A DNA stretch of 64,000 nucleotides, from NCBI RefSeq assembly GCF_009914755.1, contig NC_060929.1; one strand, given 5' to 3'. A program made the translations under genes and the position numbers. This document shows positions 47,223 through 60,871 of this stretch, piece by piece. Source of the stretch: the human T2T-CHM13v2.0 reference genome, Homo sapiens. The stretch's first letter is position 1, and every line of letters begins with the position of its first letter. The notes under the pieces were generated by a model, which was given only the letters and a program-made list of their open reading frames with translations, had not been told where the DNA came from and did not search any database.

Positions 47223-49358
47223 AGAGATCTGTGAACACATTGAAGTCTAAATTAATTAAGATTACCAGGAAGGGAGAACAATTCTAAGGAAAGATGATGG
47301 TAACTGGCCACTTTTTCATCTGTGGAAATTTGCTTATACTAATTATAAGCTAAAAGTAGGGCTTGACCAAGGGAGCGTCTCCCAAATGGGGCTAAAAGAA
47401 ACTGCAAAGCTTTTCTTTATCACATGAATCGGGAATATATCTTTGAGAGACCATAAATGCATCTTTAACTTACCCCAAAGGACCACCTGATAAGTTTGTG
47501 GCATTAAAGGAGCATAAGGTGCTGGCTTACGAGCTTCTAAAAGAAATTTTGCAACATCTTACATTGCATAGTGCATAGGAAACAAAGACTCACCAGGACA
47601 AAGCTCCCAAATTAAGCACTAGGTTAGTTTCTGATTGGAGAAACTGTTCTGAGGAGCTCTGAAAAATAGAACTACATTTATCAAAGTTTTAGTGTTGATA
47701 AGAAGGGCACCCGATAGGTTTTCATTCTCAGCTATGAGTCCACAGACACGACTAGAGGTGAAATAAGTCTTATTAAAAGTAAAATCCAGTCTCGACCCAG
47801 TTCAATCACAGAATAAATGGAGATATTCAACCCCTCAAGCTTTCTTTCTAGCAAATGAAAGGGACTCTCTATGATTTGAAAATAAAATCACTCTATCTTG
47901 AGTGTGTGTGTATGTGTGTGTGTATGAGAGAGAGAGTGTGTGTGTGTGGCTGTGTATGTTTAGACATATGAAGAGTAAAGAATATACGACTAAGAAAAAA
48001 ACAGATATTAGGTGTCATCCCAGAGATAATCAGTACATTTCAATTATCAGATACCATAAATAGGATAATCATGTTAAAGTTAATTAAGGAATAAATGGGA
48101 AAAATAGAAAAATAATGTCAGGAAATTTGAATCTACATACAGAAATCACAGATTCTTTTCTGAAGCAAAAATTATAACTACTTTTTTAAAAGAAAGGCTT
48201 AATAGCATTTTGCAAAAATCAGATTATAAGATTATCAAACATGAATGTAAGACAAGTTGAGTCACCGAAAAAAAAAAAAAGAGTAAAAAAATTGAAATAA
48301 CAGAAAAGAGTGTATGTAACATTTAGGACATTTGCACAAGTTTTGTAACATTATTATTGAAATCCCAGAAGAATAAAAGATAAACACAGTCAGACAAACT
48401 ATAAAAGAGATGGTGTCCAGTAATGCCAGCAAATCACAAGCAAGATAAACATCCAAGTAAGTCACACCTGCCGACATTATAATAAAACCGATATGAACAG
48501 AGACTCACCCCACCAAAAAAAAAGACTTTATCTTACATGGAGCAACAACAGAAATAATGGCTAACTTTTTGTGCAAAACAATGAAGTTTAGGAGACAATA
48601 CAATAAAATCCAAAACATACTAAATAATAATAACAATAATAACTAATGTAGAACTCTACATGAAAGAAAACTGTCCTTCAAAAATGAATGCGCAGAAACA
48701 ATTGTTTTGTCATATAAAAAGTAGGCAAATATATTGTAATCAGACTTGTACTATGAGAAATAATAAATTTGTTTACACAAAACAATACTAATCCCATAAA
48801 AATATGGAAATTTAGAGGAAATGAAGATCACAAATGGATGAAAAGATGAGAAAATATAAATAAATACCATCAACACACTATAAGCATGCTAGTGTCTTAT
48901 GTGGTTTAAACTATTTGTAGAAATAAAATGCATGACAATAATGCAAAAAAAGAAAATGAAAAAGATTTCAAGGACTCATAAGTTCTAACAGTATCAAGAA
49001 CTTGCTAAACATAAACATTTTTAAGTTATAATAAGGTAGAACTTCTGGTTTTAGTTCTGACAGGCAAATTGCTTAGAAGTCATTCCTGTGGTCCTTACCA
49101 AAAGAAAAGGTGGACCAACTGAAATTTTCTCCTCAGAGAACTCTGGTTTCAGGAAAAACTATGATCCTGCTCTGGAGAGATAGGCACATCCAGAAATTCA
49201 CAGCTGAGATATGCTCATCTGGATCAAAAGACACTGGAGTCTTCAACTAGTAGGAACACTGAAAATTTTAATATTTGCAAATTACTGGAAGATAAGTATG
49301 AACTAGCATTAAAGTAATAAATTCCACAGAACCACAGTATTACAGGGGTCCCCAAACT

Positions 49359-49678
<320 letters not shown>

Positions 49679-51224
49679 CCAAACTCTTAGAGACTTTATT
49701 TCCAGGAACTTACTAGGTTTTCATGAGGAAGTTCCCAGGAAATTTCCCTTATTGCTTTGACAAGGCGATGACAAAAGTAATTGTTAATCAATTTTCCCAA
49801 ATCCTTCTCCATAATAAGACATACTCTCTGGGGACAGACTGCCTGGGTCTTTTCCTAAGAGGAAGAATGGCAATCCTCTTACCCCGGGTCCTTAGAGCCT
49901 TCCCGGCTTATGTTCTTGGAGGTGGTGGGAGCAAAACAGAGTCAATAGAGTCAGGGATTCAAGGACATGAAGTTTCAATGATGCTAGATGAAGAAATTCT
50001 AGAGATTTGCTGTTCAACCTAGTGCCTAAAGCTAACAATGTGGTGTTATGCTCTGAAAAAGCTATCAACAGAATAACTCTCAGGTTAAGTGTTCTTACAA
50101 CAAACACAAAGCAAAGCGAAACACAAACTTAAATAAAAGGACTTAAGGAGTCCTTGGGAGGTGTTGGATATGCCTATTATCTTGATTATGATCATTGTAT
50201 CATGGATGTTTACATATGTTCAAACACATTAAATTGGGTACATTAAACATGTGGGATTCTTTGCATATCAATTATACCTCAATAAATTTAGAAAACAGAA
50301 TTCTGCAGACATGAAACAGAATATGAGGCAAGGGGGGAAAATAGTTATACCAGTGGAGAAACACTTGCAAAGGCCATAGACGTGAGACCGAGGCCCACTG
50401 AAAGACTGAGATTTAAGTGGAAGATTATAAAACCTTCTCCCTCATGCCTTTCCATTGCATACGTAGCATAATAACAATGACTTCAGCTGAAAGAGCTACA
50501 AGATACAGATCCACTTAGTTTTTGAAGAGGCACAAAGTCAAGACAAAAGGTTAAGACAAGAATGTTAAAGACATTTGAAGACTTTGGCACAATGAAATTA
50601 CAGTAGAATTAAATAACAGAAATAATATATTAAGGATGTAGGTGCTAAATTAAGAATATTATTGTTTAATAATAAAAAATATCCACTTAACAACAGATGG
50701 AATAACCAGACAAATTTAATCAAAAACATAAAATATCTGAGCAAAAGAACAAAACTGACTCATATATTACATTGCATACATATTACATAGCAAATAACAA
50801 TGATAGAGTCTAAATTAGTTTTAATGGCATATGGAAGACTGATTAAAACCAATCAAGAGCTGGCCTTAATATGTTTTCTGGTTGCAGAAAAGAAAAAATA
50901 TATATATAGCAAAAAGATAACTACAAAATTCTTAATGAATCAAATAAAATAATATACTTAGACACATTTCATAGGAAAAAATCAATATCAAATATTGTTT
51001 TATTAAAGCATATCAAGGCCTAATATATACCTTTATTTATTAGGTCTTATTTAATGTTTCAAATTTCTATGTACAGTTTTTGTACTTTTAAATTTTATTA
51101 TAAGGTACTATATAATTGTTTATGCTGTTGAACAAGACATTTCAATTTCCATGATTTTATTTATAAATTTAAAATTTCTATTTGAAATTTCTTTGTTGAA
51201 CTTATATACTGCCACTTTGTTAAC

Positions 51225-53750
51225 TTTTTAGTAATAAACTTCATCTTTAAATAGTTTTAGATTTACAGAAAATTTGTGATGAGAATACAGGGATATGTCA
51301 GAAAGCCCGCACTCAGTTTCCCCTATTATTAATGTCAACCATTAATAAAGTACAATCGTTATAATTAATACAAGCATATTGATACATTGCCATCAACTAA
51401 AGTCCATACTTTATTCATATTTCCTTGGTTTTTGCCTAATGTTATTATTCTCTTCCAAGATCTCATCGGTTACGACTTTCATTTAATCATTGTGTCCCAT
51501 GAGGTTCCTCTTGGCTGTGACATTTCCTCAAACTTACCTTGTTTTTGGTGACCTTCACAGGTGTTAGTAACAGGCCAAGTATTCTATCGAATGTCCCTGA
51601 AGTTGAATATGTCTGTTGTTTTTTTCTCATCATTAAACTGGGTTTATATGTAATTCACAGGAATGCAACAGAGATGAAGTGCCATTGGCATTCTATCTTA
51701 TCAAGGGTACATATTGTCATTGTCTTACCACAATTTATATTAAACCTGACTGTCCAGATGAGATACTGTTTGGCATTTTTATTTTGATTATCAAAGTCAA
51801 GGTACTCTTATTCCTCCATTTCACACTGTACCCCTGAGAAGGAAATATCCATGCATAGTCCCAACTTAAAGAGTAGGGAGTTATGTCCCATCTCCAGGAG
51901 GACAGAAAATGTATAAGAATTATTTGTAATTCTTCTGCATGTGAAATGTCTCTTCTTCCCACTTATTTATTCAAATAATTATGGACTTATAAATATTTAT
52001 TTTATTTTATATTTTGTTTTATAAACTAATACTAATTTATTTGTTTTATTGCTCAAGTTGTTCTAGGAGCTCTTTCAGCTGGCTCTTGTGCTGCTTTGAT
52101 CTATCCTTCTAACATTTCTTGATTGTTTATTTTTGAGGAATTTCTTATTTTCTGGCACTACAAGGAATCTGAGGTGCTCCAAACTCATTGTGTATATGTT
52201 TCCTGTTCTAGTGCTACAATCAGTCATTTCTCCAAGAAATACTGGTTCCTTCGATTGGAGAAAGATATCACAAAGCAGGAACTGGGTAATAAGTATACTC
52301 CTTGCTACAGGGATATTTGCTCCAGGCCCTCTCAGCTAACAGAGAAAGGAAATACATGTTTGTATACTAACTCTGGTATATACATGTGATATGGTTTGGC
52401 TTTGTGTTCCCACCCAAATCTCATGTTGAATTGTAATTCCTAATGTTGGGAGTGGAATCTGGTGGAAGGTGATTGGATGATGGGGGTGGATTTCCCCCTT
52501 TCTGTTCTCATAATAACAAGTGAGTTCTCATGCTTTGAAAGTGTGTAGCACTTCCCTCTTCACTCTCTCTTTCTCCTGCTCCACCATGTGAAGATCTGCC
52601 TGCTTCCCCTTTGCCTTCTGCCATGATTGTAAGTTTCCTGAGGCCTCCCTAACCATACTTCCTGCTCAGCCTGTGGAACTATGAGTTAATTCAATTTTTT
52701 TTTTCAAAAATTACCCAGTCTCATGTAGTTCTTTATAGCAGTATGAGAATAGACTAAAACAACATATATGTGTAAACATTTCTATATATACCTATCTGTA
52801 TCTGTAGTAAGCTAGATATAAATTCATACCGAGGTCTCCAATTGTAATCCATTATTTCATGGAGGATTCTAGCCTTCTTTTCTTGCTCATCCATGAATTC
52901 CTGCTCAAACTGTGAGAAGCATGACTCTCATCACAAATGATTCATTTATATTTAATTGTACAATTCCAATGTACATGATAGCACTATCAATGTTTTTAAC
53001 TATAACCTTTTTAATACAACTTTATAGCTGATAAAGTTGTATCAGCTGTATCAGGTGTTAGTAATAGGCCAAGTATTATAAAGTTAGTAACAGGCTAACT
53101 TTATAGCTGATAAAGTTGTATTAAAAGTTGTATATAGTTTTCCTTGTCTTAAAATCAACTCATTTGCAATGCTGTCTGGTCAGAAATTTTTCTCTCCACT
53201 CACTACATTGAGTTTGTGTTACAGATTTGTAAATTTTTTTTTCTTGTCACAGTCTGCATTTCATGCTGGGCTTCTGCTGACTTCTTAAATGACTTTTAAA
53301 GAGTATAAATTAAGATTCACCCTGTGCTGTAAGTGTTTTGAAAAATGCATAGTGTTATGTATTCAGTATATAGAATTACAGTATATAGAATTACAATTCT
53401 ATATACTGTATATACAATTACAGTATATAGTATATACAATTACAATTATATATACTGTATATACAATTACAGTATATAGAAGTTTCAAAACCCTTATAGA
53501 ATAGTTTCAAATCTCATATAGAATAGTTTCAAATTCTGTCTCTCACCTGATCACCCCTCTCTACTCCCCATCCCTGTCACTTGGCAACCACTGACTTTTT
53601 AATCACTTTTATATGCTGCCTTTTCTGGAATGTCATGTAATAGGGATTATAGAGTATTTAACCTTTTCAGATTGGCTTTATAATTTAGCAATATGCATTT
53701 ATTATTTATTCATGCATTTTTTGTGGCTTCATGGCTCTTTTTATTGAGGT
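51225..53750 (-). mobile_element. Old L1M (MC/MD-type) 3' UTR, interrupted by an LTR and templated insertions
   Basis: ttttagatttacagaaaa...cagtttcccctattattaa...cttggcaaccactgac...ccttttctggaatgtcat. Confidence 0.7.
52387..52761 (+). mobile_element. Solo MaLR LTR, THE1D/MSTA-type
   Basis: TGATATGGTTTGGC...CCCACCCAAATCTCAT...attacccagtctc...agactaaaaca; near-TSD ACATG/ACATA. Confidence 0.92.
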
Positions 53751-55138
53751 AAAATATATGTTAACATAATATTTCCCATGTTAATCACCTGTGAGTGTAA
53801 AATTCAGTGGCATTAAATACATTTACAATGTTGTATAACCTCACATCTATTTGGCTTTCTCTATTATCATCACGGTTTCGCTATACATTCAATTCTCTGA
53901 GGCCTACCCTAACCACCTTTTGTAATATTATATTCTACCATCACAGTGCTTTCACACCAAAAACCTCCTCAAAATGCACTACCTTTTTCTTCTATCCTTG
54001 CCATTCACAACTTTCTAACACACAAGTCAATTTGCATATTTATTTTCTTTTTGTTTATTTTCATTGTTTCTTGCTAAATATAAGCTCCATGAAGGCAAGG
54101 ATTACTGTTTTGCATGCTAATATATAGAAAGAACTTAAAAGAGTATGATGCACATAATAAGCATTCAATAAATATGTAAGCTAACAATTAATTAATTGAA
54201 GGAATCAACATAGGAATCTCTGTGTGAGTCACTGGGACTTAGACAAAGAAATATACTTAAGTAATATTTTGGCTGGGAGCTGACATCAGAGCTGGCGAGC
54301 CACTAGATGCCACTTTTGTTTTTCTCTAATTCTTACCCCTGTATGAATTTTTGCAGCAAGGAGCTTTAAACTTATGGGGGAAGAGGATGAGATGACCAGT
54401 CTGGCTTCCCATGGGGTTTTGTAAAACACTCCATGACCTAATTTTGTAACTCTCCCTCAATAATGTGGGGCTCAGAGTTCTTGCAGTTTCTTTTTCAAAA
54501 TTGCTTTCACTGAAAAGAATAATTTCCTAAAGTTTTTAAGATTGAGAATATGCTTTAAATTAACCAGTCGGTTTTCATTCTTTTCTATTTCTGTTTCCAA
54601 GAAATTCCTCAAATATGTTGCCTACTTATGGCACACTTGCAATTACCTGATGTCTTACGGATTTAGTTGGTTTTCCATTTAATATCTATTTTTAATTAAT
54701 TCAGGTTGGAGTTACTTTATGCAGTTATTTATGTCTGGAAGACCCTGGGAGTTTATTATAAGTGGTATGCACATCTATAAGCTCATAGGGCATTGGATAT
54801 AACCAAAACAAATAATATGACTCACAGATAATTTTACAATGATTTTTTTTGGCTACATAGAATGATGCTATGAATTAAAAAATGGATAGTATTCAAAGGT
54901 ATTAATACATTTATTGAAGTGTATGTGTGCATGTGTGTCTATGACAATCAAAGGCATTCTCATTATGAAATAGCCTTAATTGTTTTTGTAAAAAGTAATT
55001 TTTATATTAAAAGTAGGCAGACAATAGAATTTCTAATTTCTATGAACATAAAATTTAGGCTACATTTACAAAAATTTGATATAATTGAAGAAATTTAATT
55101 CTATATATTTTTCAATAAAAATTACAACTGGTTTAGAA

Positions 55139-55460
55139 GGCTGGGCATGCTGGCTCACTCCTATAATCCCAGCATTTTAGGAGGCCGAGGAGAGTGGATC
55201 ACCTGAAGTCAGGAGTTCGAGACCAGGCTGGCCAACGTGGCAAAACCCTATCTCTACTAAAAAGACAAAAATTAGCCAGGTATGGTGGCATGTGCCTGTA
55301 ATCCCAGCTACTAGGGAGGCTGAAGCAGGAGAAGGCAGGGGAATCACTTGAACTCGGGCGGAGGTTGCAGTGAGATGAGATCACTCCACTGCACTCCAGC
55401 CTGGGTGAGAGAGCAAGACTCCATCTCAAAATAAATAAATAAAAATAAAATAAAATAAAA
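55139..55460 (+). mobile_element. Alu (S-type)
   Basis: Dimer with (aaaat)n tail. Confidence 0.94.
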
Positions 55461-56089
55461 CTGATTTTGAGAAATAAATTAGAATTATAAGAACATGTTT
55501 GAGCATAGTATTTTAATATATTACAGATAAATTTTAGTATCAGAATATATATGCATTCTATATATGTATATATTTCAAAAGGAATAAAGAAATTGAAAAG
55601 TATTAGAGAGTTAACAGTATTTGATCAATTAATATTCTAGGCCTATAAAATATAAAACAGCAAGTTCACATAGTACTGAAATAAATAACTGTTTATATAG
55701 ATATTTAAAACTTGGAGAATGAATTTTTAAGTAATGTCTTTACTAGTTTATGCTTTATAAGAAATTACAGCCGTATATGTCTGAATGAAGAGATTATTAC
55801 AGAAACAAAATAATTGAACCAAACTCATTTCATAGGAGTTAGTGTAAAATTATCTCCTTTCATGTGGTTCAAGATGCTTCTTAAAATTCCCTTTAAACAT
55901 CTTATATTACCTGATACTGTCCTCATTTTTCAATCACATATGTTCTAGAGGATAATTTTGGGATTAATTTGTAATGTACTATGATAAGAATAATATATCT
56001 ACTGAAGAAATGTTCTAAGTATAATAATGTACTGTTGAATCAATTTGAATGCTTTAATAGTCATAATTTTTAAATTCAGTTTTAATAAC

Positions 56090-56247
56090 TTTTTATGCTT
56101 AAGACAGTTTTGGTTGCTGGAAGCAGAAAATAATTCTATACTTTATCTCGAAAATATATTTCTCTCAAAAAATATTTATATTTTTATGCTTAAGACAGTT
56201 TTGGTTGCTGGAAACAGAAAATAATTCTATATTTCTCTCAAAAATAT
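56090..56247. repeat. Imperfect tandem duplication, period 91 bp
   Basis: tttttatgcttaagacagttttggttgctggaa(g/a)cagaaaataattctata at 56090 and 56181. Confidence 0.92.
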
Positions 56248-56595
56248 CAGTGACCACTGATAAATGGTCCTTTGGTATTTGCTTGAGCATCACTCAAAAA
56301 CATTCATTTCCTTTCATGTGTATCAAGTGCTATTTTTGGCCTGGAACTGTGCTAGGCTGGAAGGTCAACATTCAATAGGAGTCTTATCCTTAAGGAATTT
56401 ACTATGTAACTAATGATTTACAAGTAGCTAATTAGAGCATTACTTTTTAGTGAATTATGTGCAATGGTTGGCCTTCTCAGTCAAAATTAAACTGTATTAA
56501 TTAACTTTTATTAATTAAAAAATTTCTTAATTAAAAGTTGTTATTAATGAACTTTTATTAAATAAAAGTTATGCTGATCCATAAGAAGCACACTA

Positions 56596-57072
<477 letters not shown>

Positions 57073-57446
57073 TTATAACAGTCATTGGGGAATAGCTGTT
57101 AAAAGTCTTAGGCCCCTTTAATTACAAAAACTTTAGGAACAGGAGTCTTGCATAAATGGTTAAGCTAGCTAAAAGTTGAATGATATGCAAAAGGCGTGTT
57201 TCAAGATTTATTTAACAGTAAAGATAGAATTAAGATACTGTATGATAGATAGGATATCAAAAAGCCAAAAAAGCCAAGAGGTTTTATTGTCCATGCACTC
57301 TCTGAAGGAGTAAGTAAAACATGAAATTAAGACTAAAGAGCAGTTTTTTAAAAAGTGAAAGAGCAAGATTTAAGAAACAATAGAAAGGAAATAAAATGAT
57401 GGAATATATCAGTAAATTTAAGGAAGTATTAAAAATAATAATAGTA

Positions 57447-57861
<415 letters not shown>

Positions 57862-58961
57862 TTAAGTGGCAGACAATACAAATATAAAAATTAGAGTAAT
57901 CTGGGAGTTTTAAAGAAGGATAGAGAATTCTATGGTTTATGTCTTGCTAAAAAGAAAAATACTGATTAGCTTTATGCTTTATAAGAAAATCATGAATGAC
58001 GCAAGCTAAAATTTTAGAATAAGCACTAAGAGAAGAACAAAACAGTGAATAAAAAAAAAGAAAAAAGATTCAGGTAAAAAGAGCAATATAGTTCTCAAGA
58101 TTGTGCATGATTTTACACAACTTTCTGTTAGATTAGTGGGTTAACTGAAATATTTCTTTAAAATAAAATCTCATTGGATTATAAGTAAAGGTAGTATGTT
58201 GGTATTTTTTCTTTCAATTTTTCTGTTTTATAAATGGTGCCAAACATGCAGAAATAGGATAGTATTGAGCAATTTATAATTAAAAGCCTTGTCCCCAAAT
58301 CAGAAACTTGGACTGTGAAATAAAAAGAGATCTTGTATCTGACTGCGACAGCTCTATGATTATCTCTCGACTCTGCTTCTGCCCCTTGGCCAAGATAAGG
58401 ATGAGATATGCTTCTTGTGATGAATACTGTGTTGTTTAAAGTTTGAAATTCCCCTGGAGGTACTTTGGGGCTAGATTGTCTATATTGTTTTTGAAATATA
58501 TACTGTAGATTGTGAATACCCAAGTACAAGTCAGCATTATCCATTATCTTAATTATTGGTGTAGTTTCCACAAAAAATTTCCTGCCTTGCTTCATTGCTT
58601 TCTTCATTTTTAAGCATACTGGCCAGTGTGTCATAACATAAGACTCTTCTGCCCAAAAGCTTCCGGTAGCCTCCCATCTCACTCAAAGAAAAAACAGATC
58701 TTTACAAGTGCCTACAAAGGCCCTATGTAATCTGCCTTCAGTTGCCTGTCTCACTTCGACTCCTGCTTGCCCGATTGTACATGCTCTGCTGGCTACACTG
58801 GCTCCCAGTACATGGAATAAGTCAGGGTGCTCCATCTCAGTAGACTTAAACTTGCTCTTTCCTCAGTCTGGAACATTCTTCCCCAGACAAAAAGCAAACC
58901 CTCTCAATTCCTTCCTATTTTTATTTGCTTCTTGCAAATTAGGTCTTTCTGGCCGCTGGAT

Positions 58962-58981
58962 CTCTCTTTCTCTCTCTCTCT

Positions 58982-59030
<49 letters not shown>
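58962..59030. repeat. (TC)n(GT)n compound microsatellite
   Basis: Direct reading. Confidence 0.95.
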
Positions 59031-59700
<670 letters not shown>

Positions 59701-59964
59701 TTTATATATATATATATATAAAATATATATATAAATAGTCTATATACAGTGTGTATGTGCATGTGTGTGTATATGTGTATGTGTAGTCTCTTACATCGTT
59801 CTCTATGGCATTATCACTATCTGGCTTAATATATACTTACTTATTTAACCTATTTATTTTGTTTATTACAGGTATACAAGGAAATTCAATTTTTTTTGGC
59901 TTCTTTACCACTTGGGTTTAGAAGAGTGCTTTGCACATTGTAGGAGTGTAGAATAGACTTGACA

Positions 59965-60436
59965 TACAGCTGGATATCACTGGGGTCTCCTGAATATCTG
60001 GGTTTGTCTGTGGCCAAGTCAAGGGTAGTGGGCTTTATGATTCACAAAGATTAAAAGTTAATTTTAATCCATAAAATTAACCATCCCAGTGGCTATCTAA
60101 AGCTGGAAACACCATGGGACTATTTGTTTACTGATGGTTTTAAACTGGCCTACCTGTTAGACAAGTCGGAATGTCCACATGATCAAAAAGGAATAAAAAT
60201 CACCACACCAGTGGGAACTTATCTTTTAAGATCTCCCATAGCCAAAATTCTTTGTAGAGACCTTGATGATCAATGTCAGAATAAAGACACTGGAGATTTG
60301 CAGTGGACTGTTTGTGATTCCTTAATGTTTGCCTGCATTTTATTGCCCTTTCTGTTCCTGAACCTATGCCTTAAAAAAATGTCTCCTGTGATTATGCTCT
60401 GTGGGGTATCGTGAGGCTTTTAAACTATCCAAACAT
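59965..60436 (+). mobile_element. Possible old ERVL-type LTR
   Basis: GC-richer block ending gattatgctctgtggggtatcgtgaggctttt, like LTR U5 ends; family not identified. Confidence 0.35.
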
Positions 60437-60513
60437 CTGAAATTTGTATGGAGGTATTCAATAAATATTTTCCGAATGAATATATCAATTACCCTTTAGT
60501 CCTACTGTATAAA

Positions 60514-60871
60514 TGTCATAGTCTGTTCAGGGTACTATAATAAATATAATAGACTGGGTGGCATATAAAAAGCAGAAATTTATTTCTCACAGTTCCGGAG
60601 GCTTGGGAGTCCAAGATTAAGGTGATATCAGATTTCACGGCTAGTGACAGCCTGTTCCTCATAAATGGTCCTTTCTTACTATGTACTCATATCGTAAAAG
60701 GGATGAGAGAGCTTTCTGGGGCCTTCTATAAGGGCACTAATCCTATTCATGAGGGCTTCATCCTTATGAACTAATTATCTCCCAAAGGTGCCACCTCCTA
60801 GTACCATTGTATTGAGCGTCAGGATTTAAACATATGGATTTTGGGGGGAAACAAACATTCAAACCATGGCA
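60514..60871 (-). mobile_element. MLT1A0-type MaLR LTR
   Basis: agactgggtggc...cagaaatttatttctcacagtt...ggggggaaacaaacattcaaaccatggca. Confidence 0.85.
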
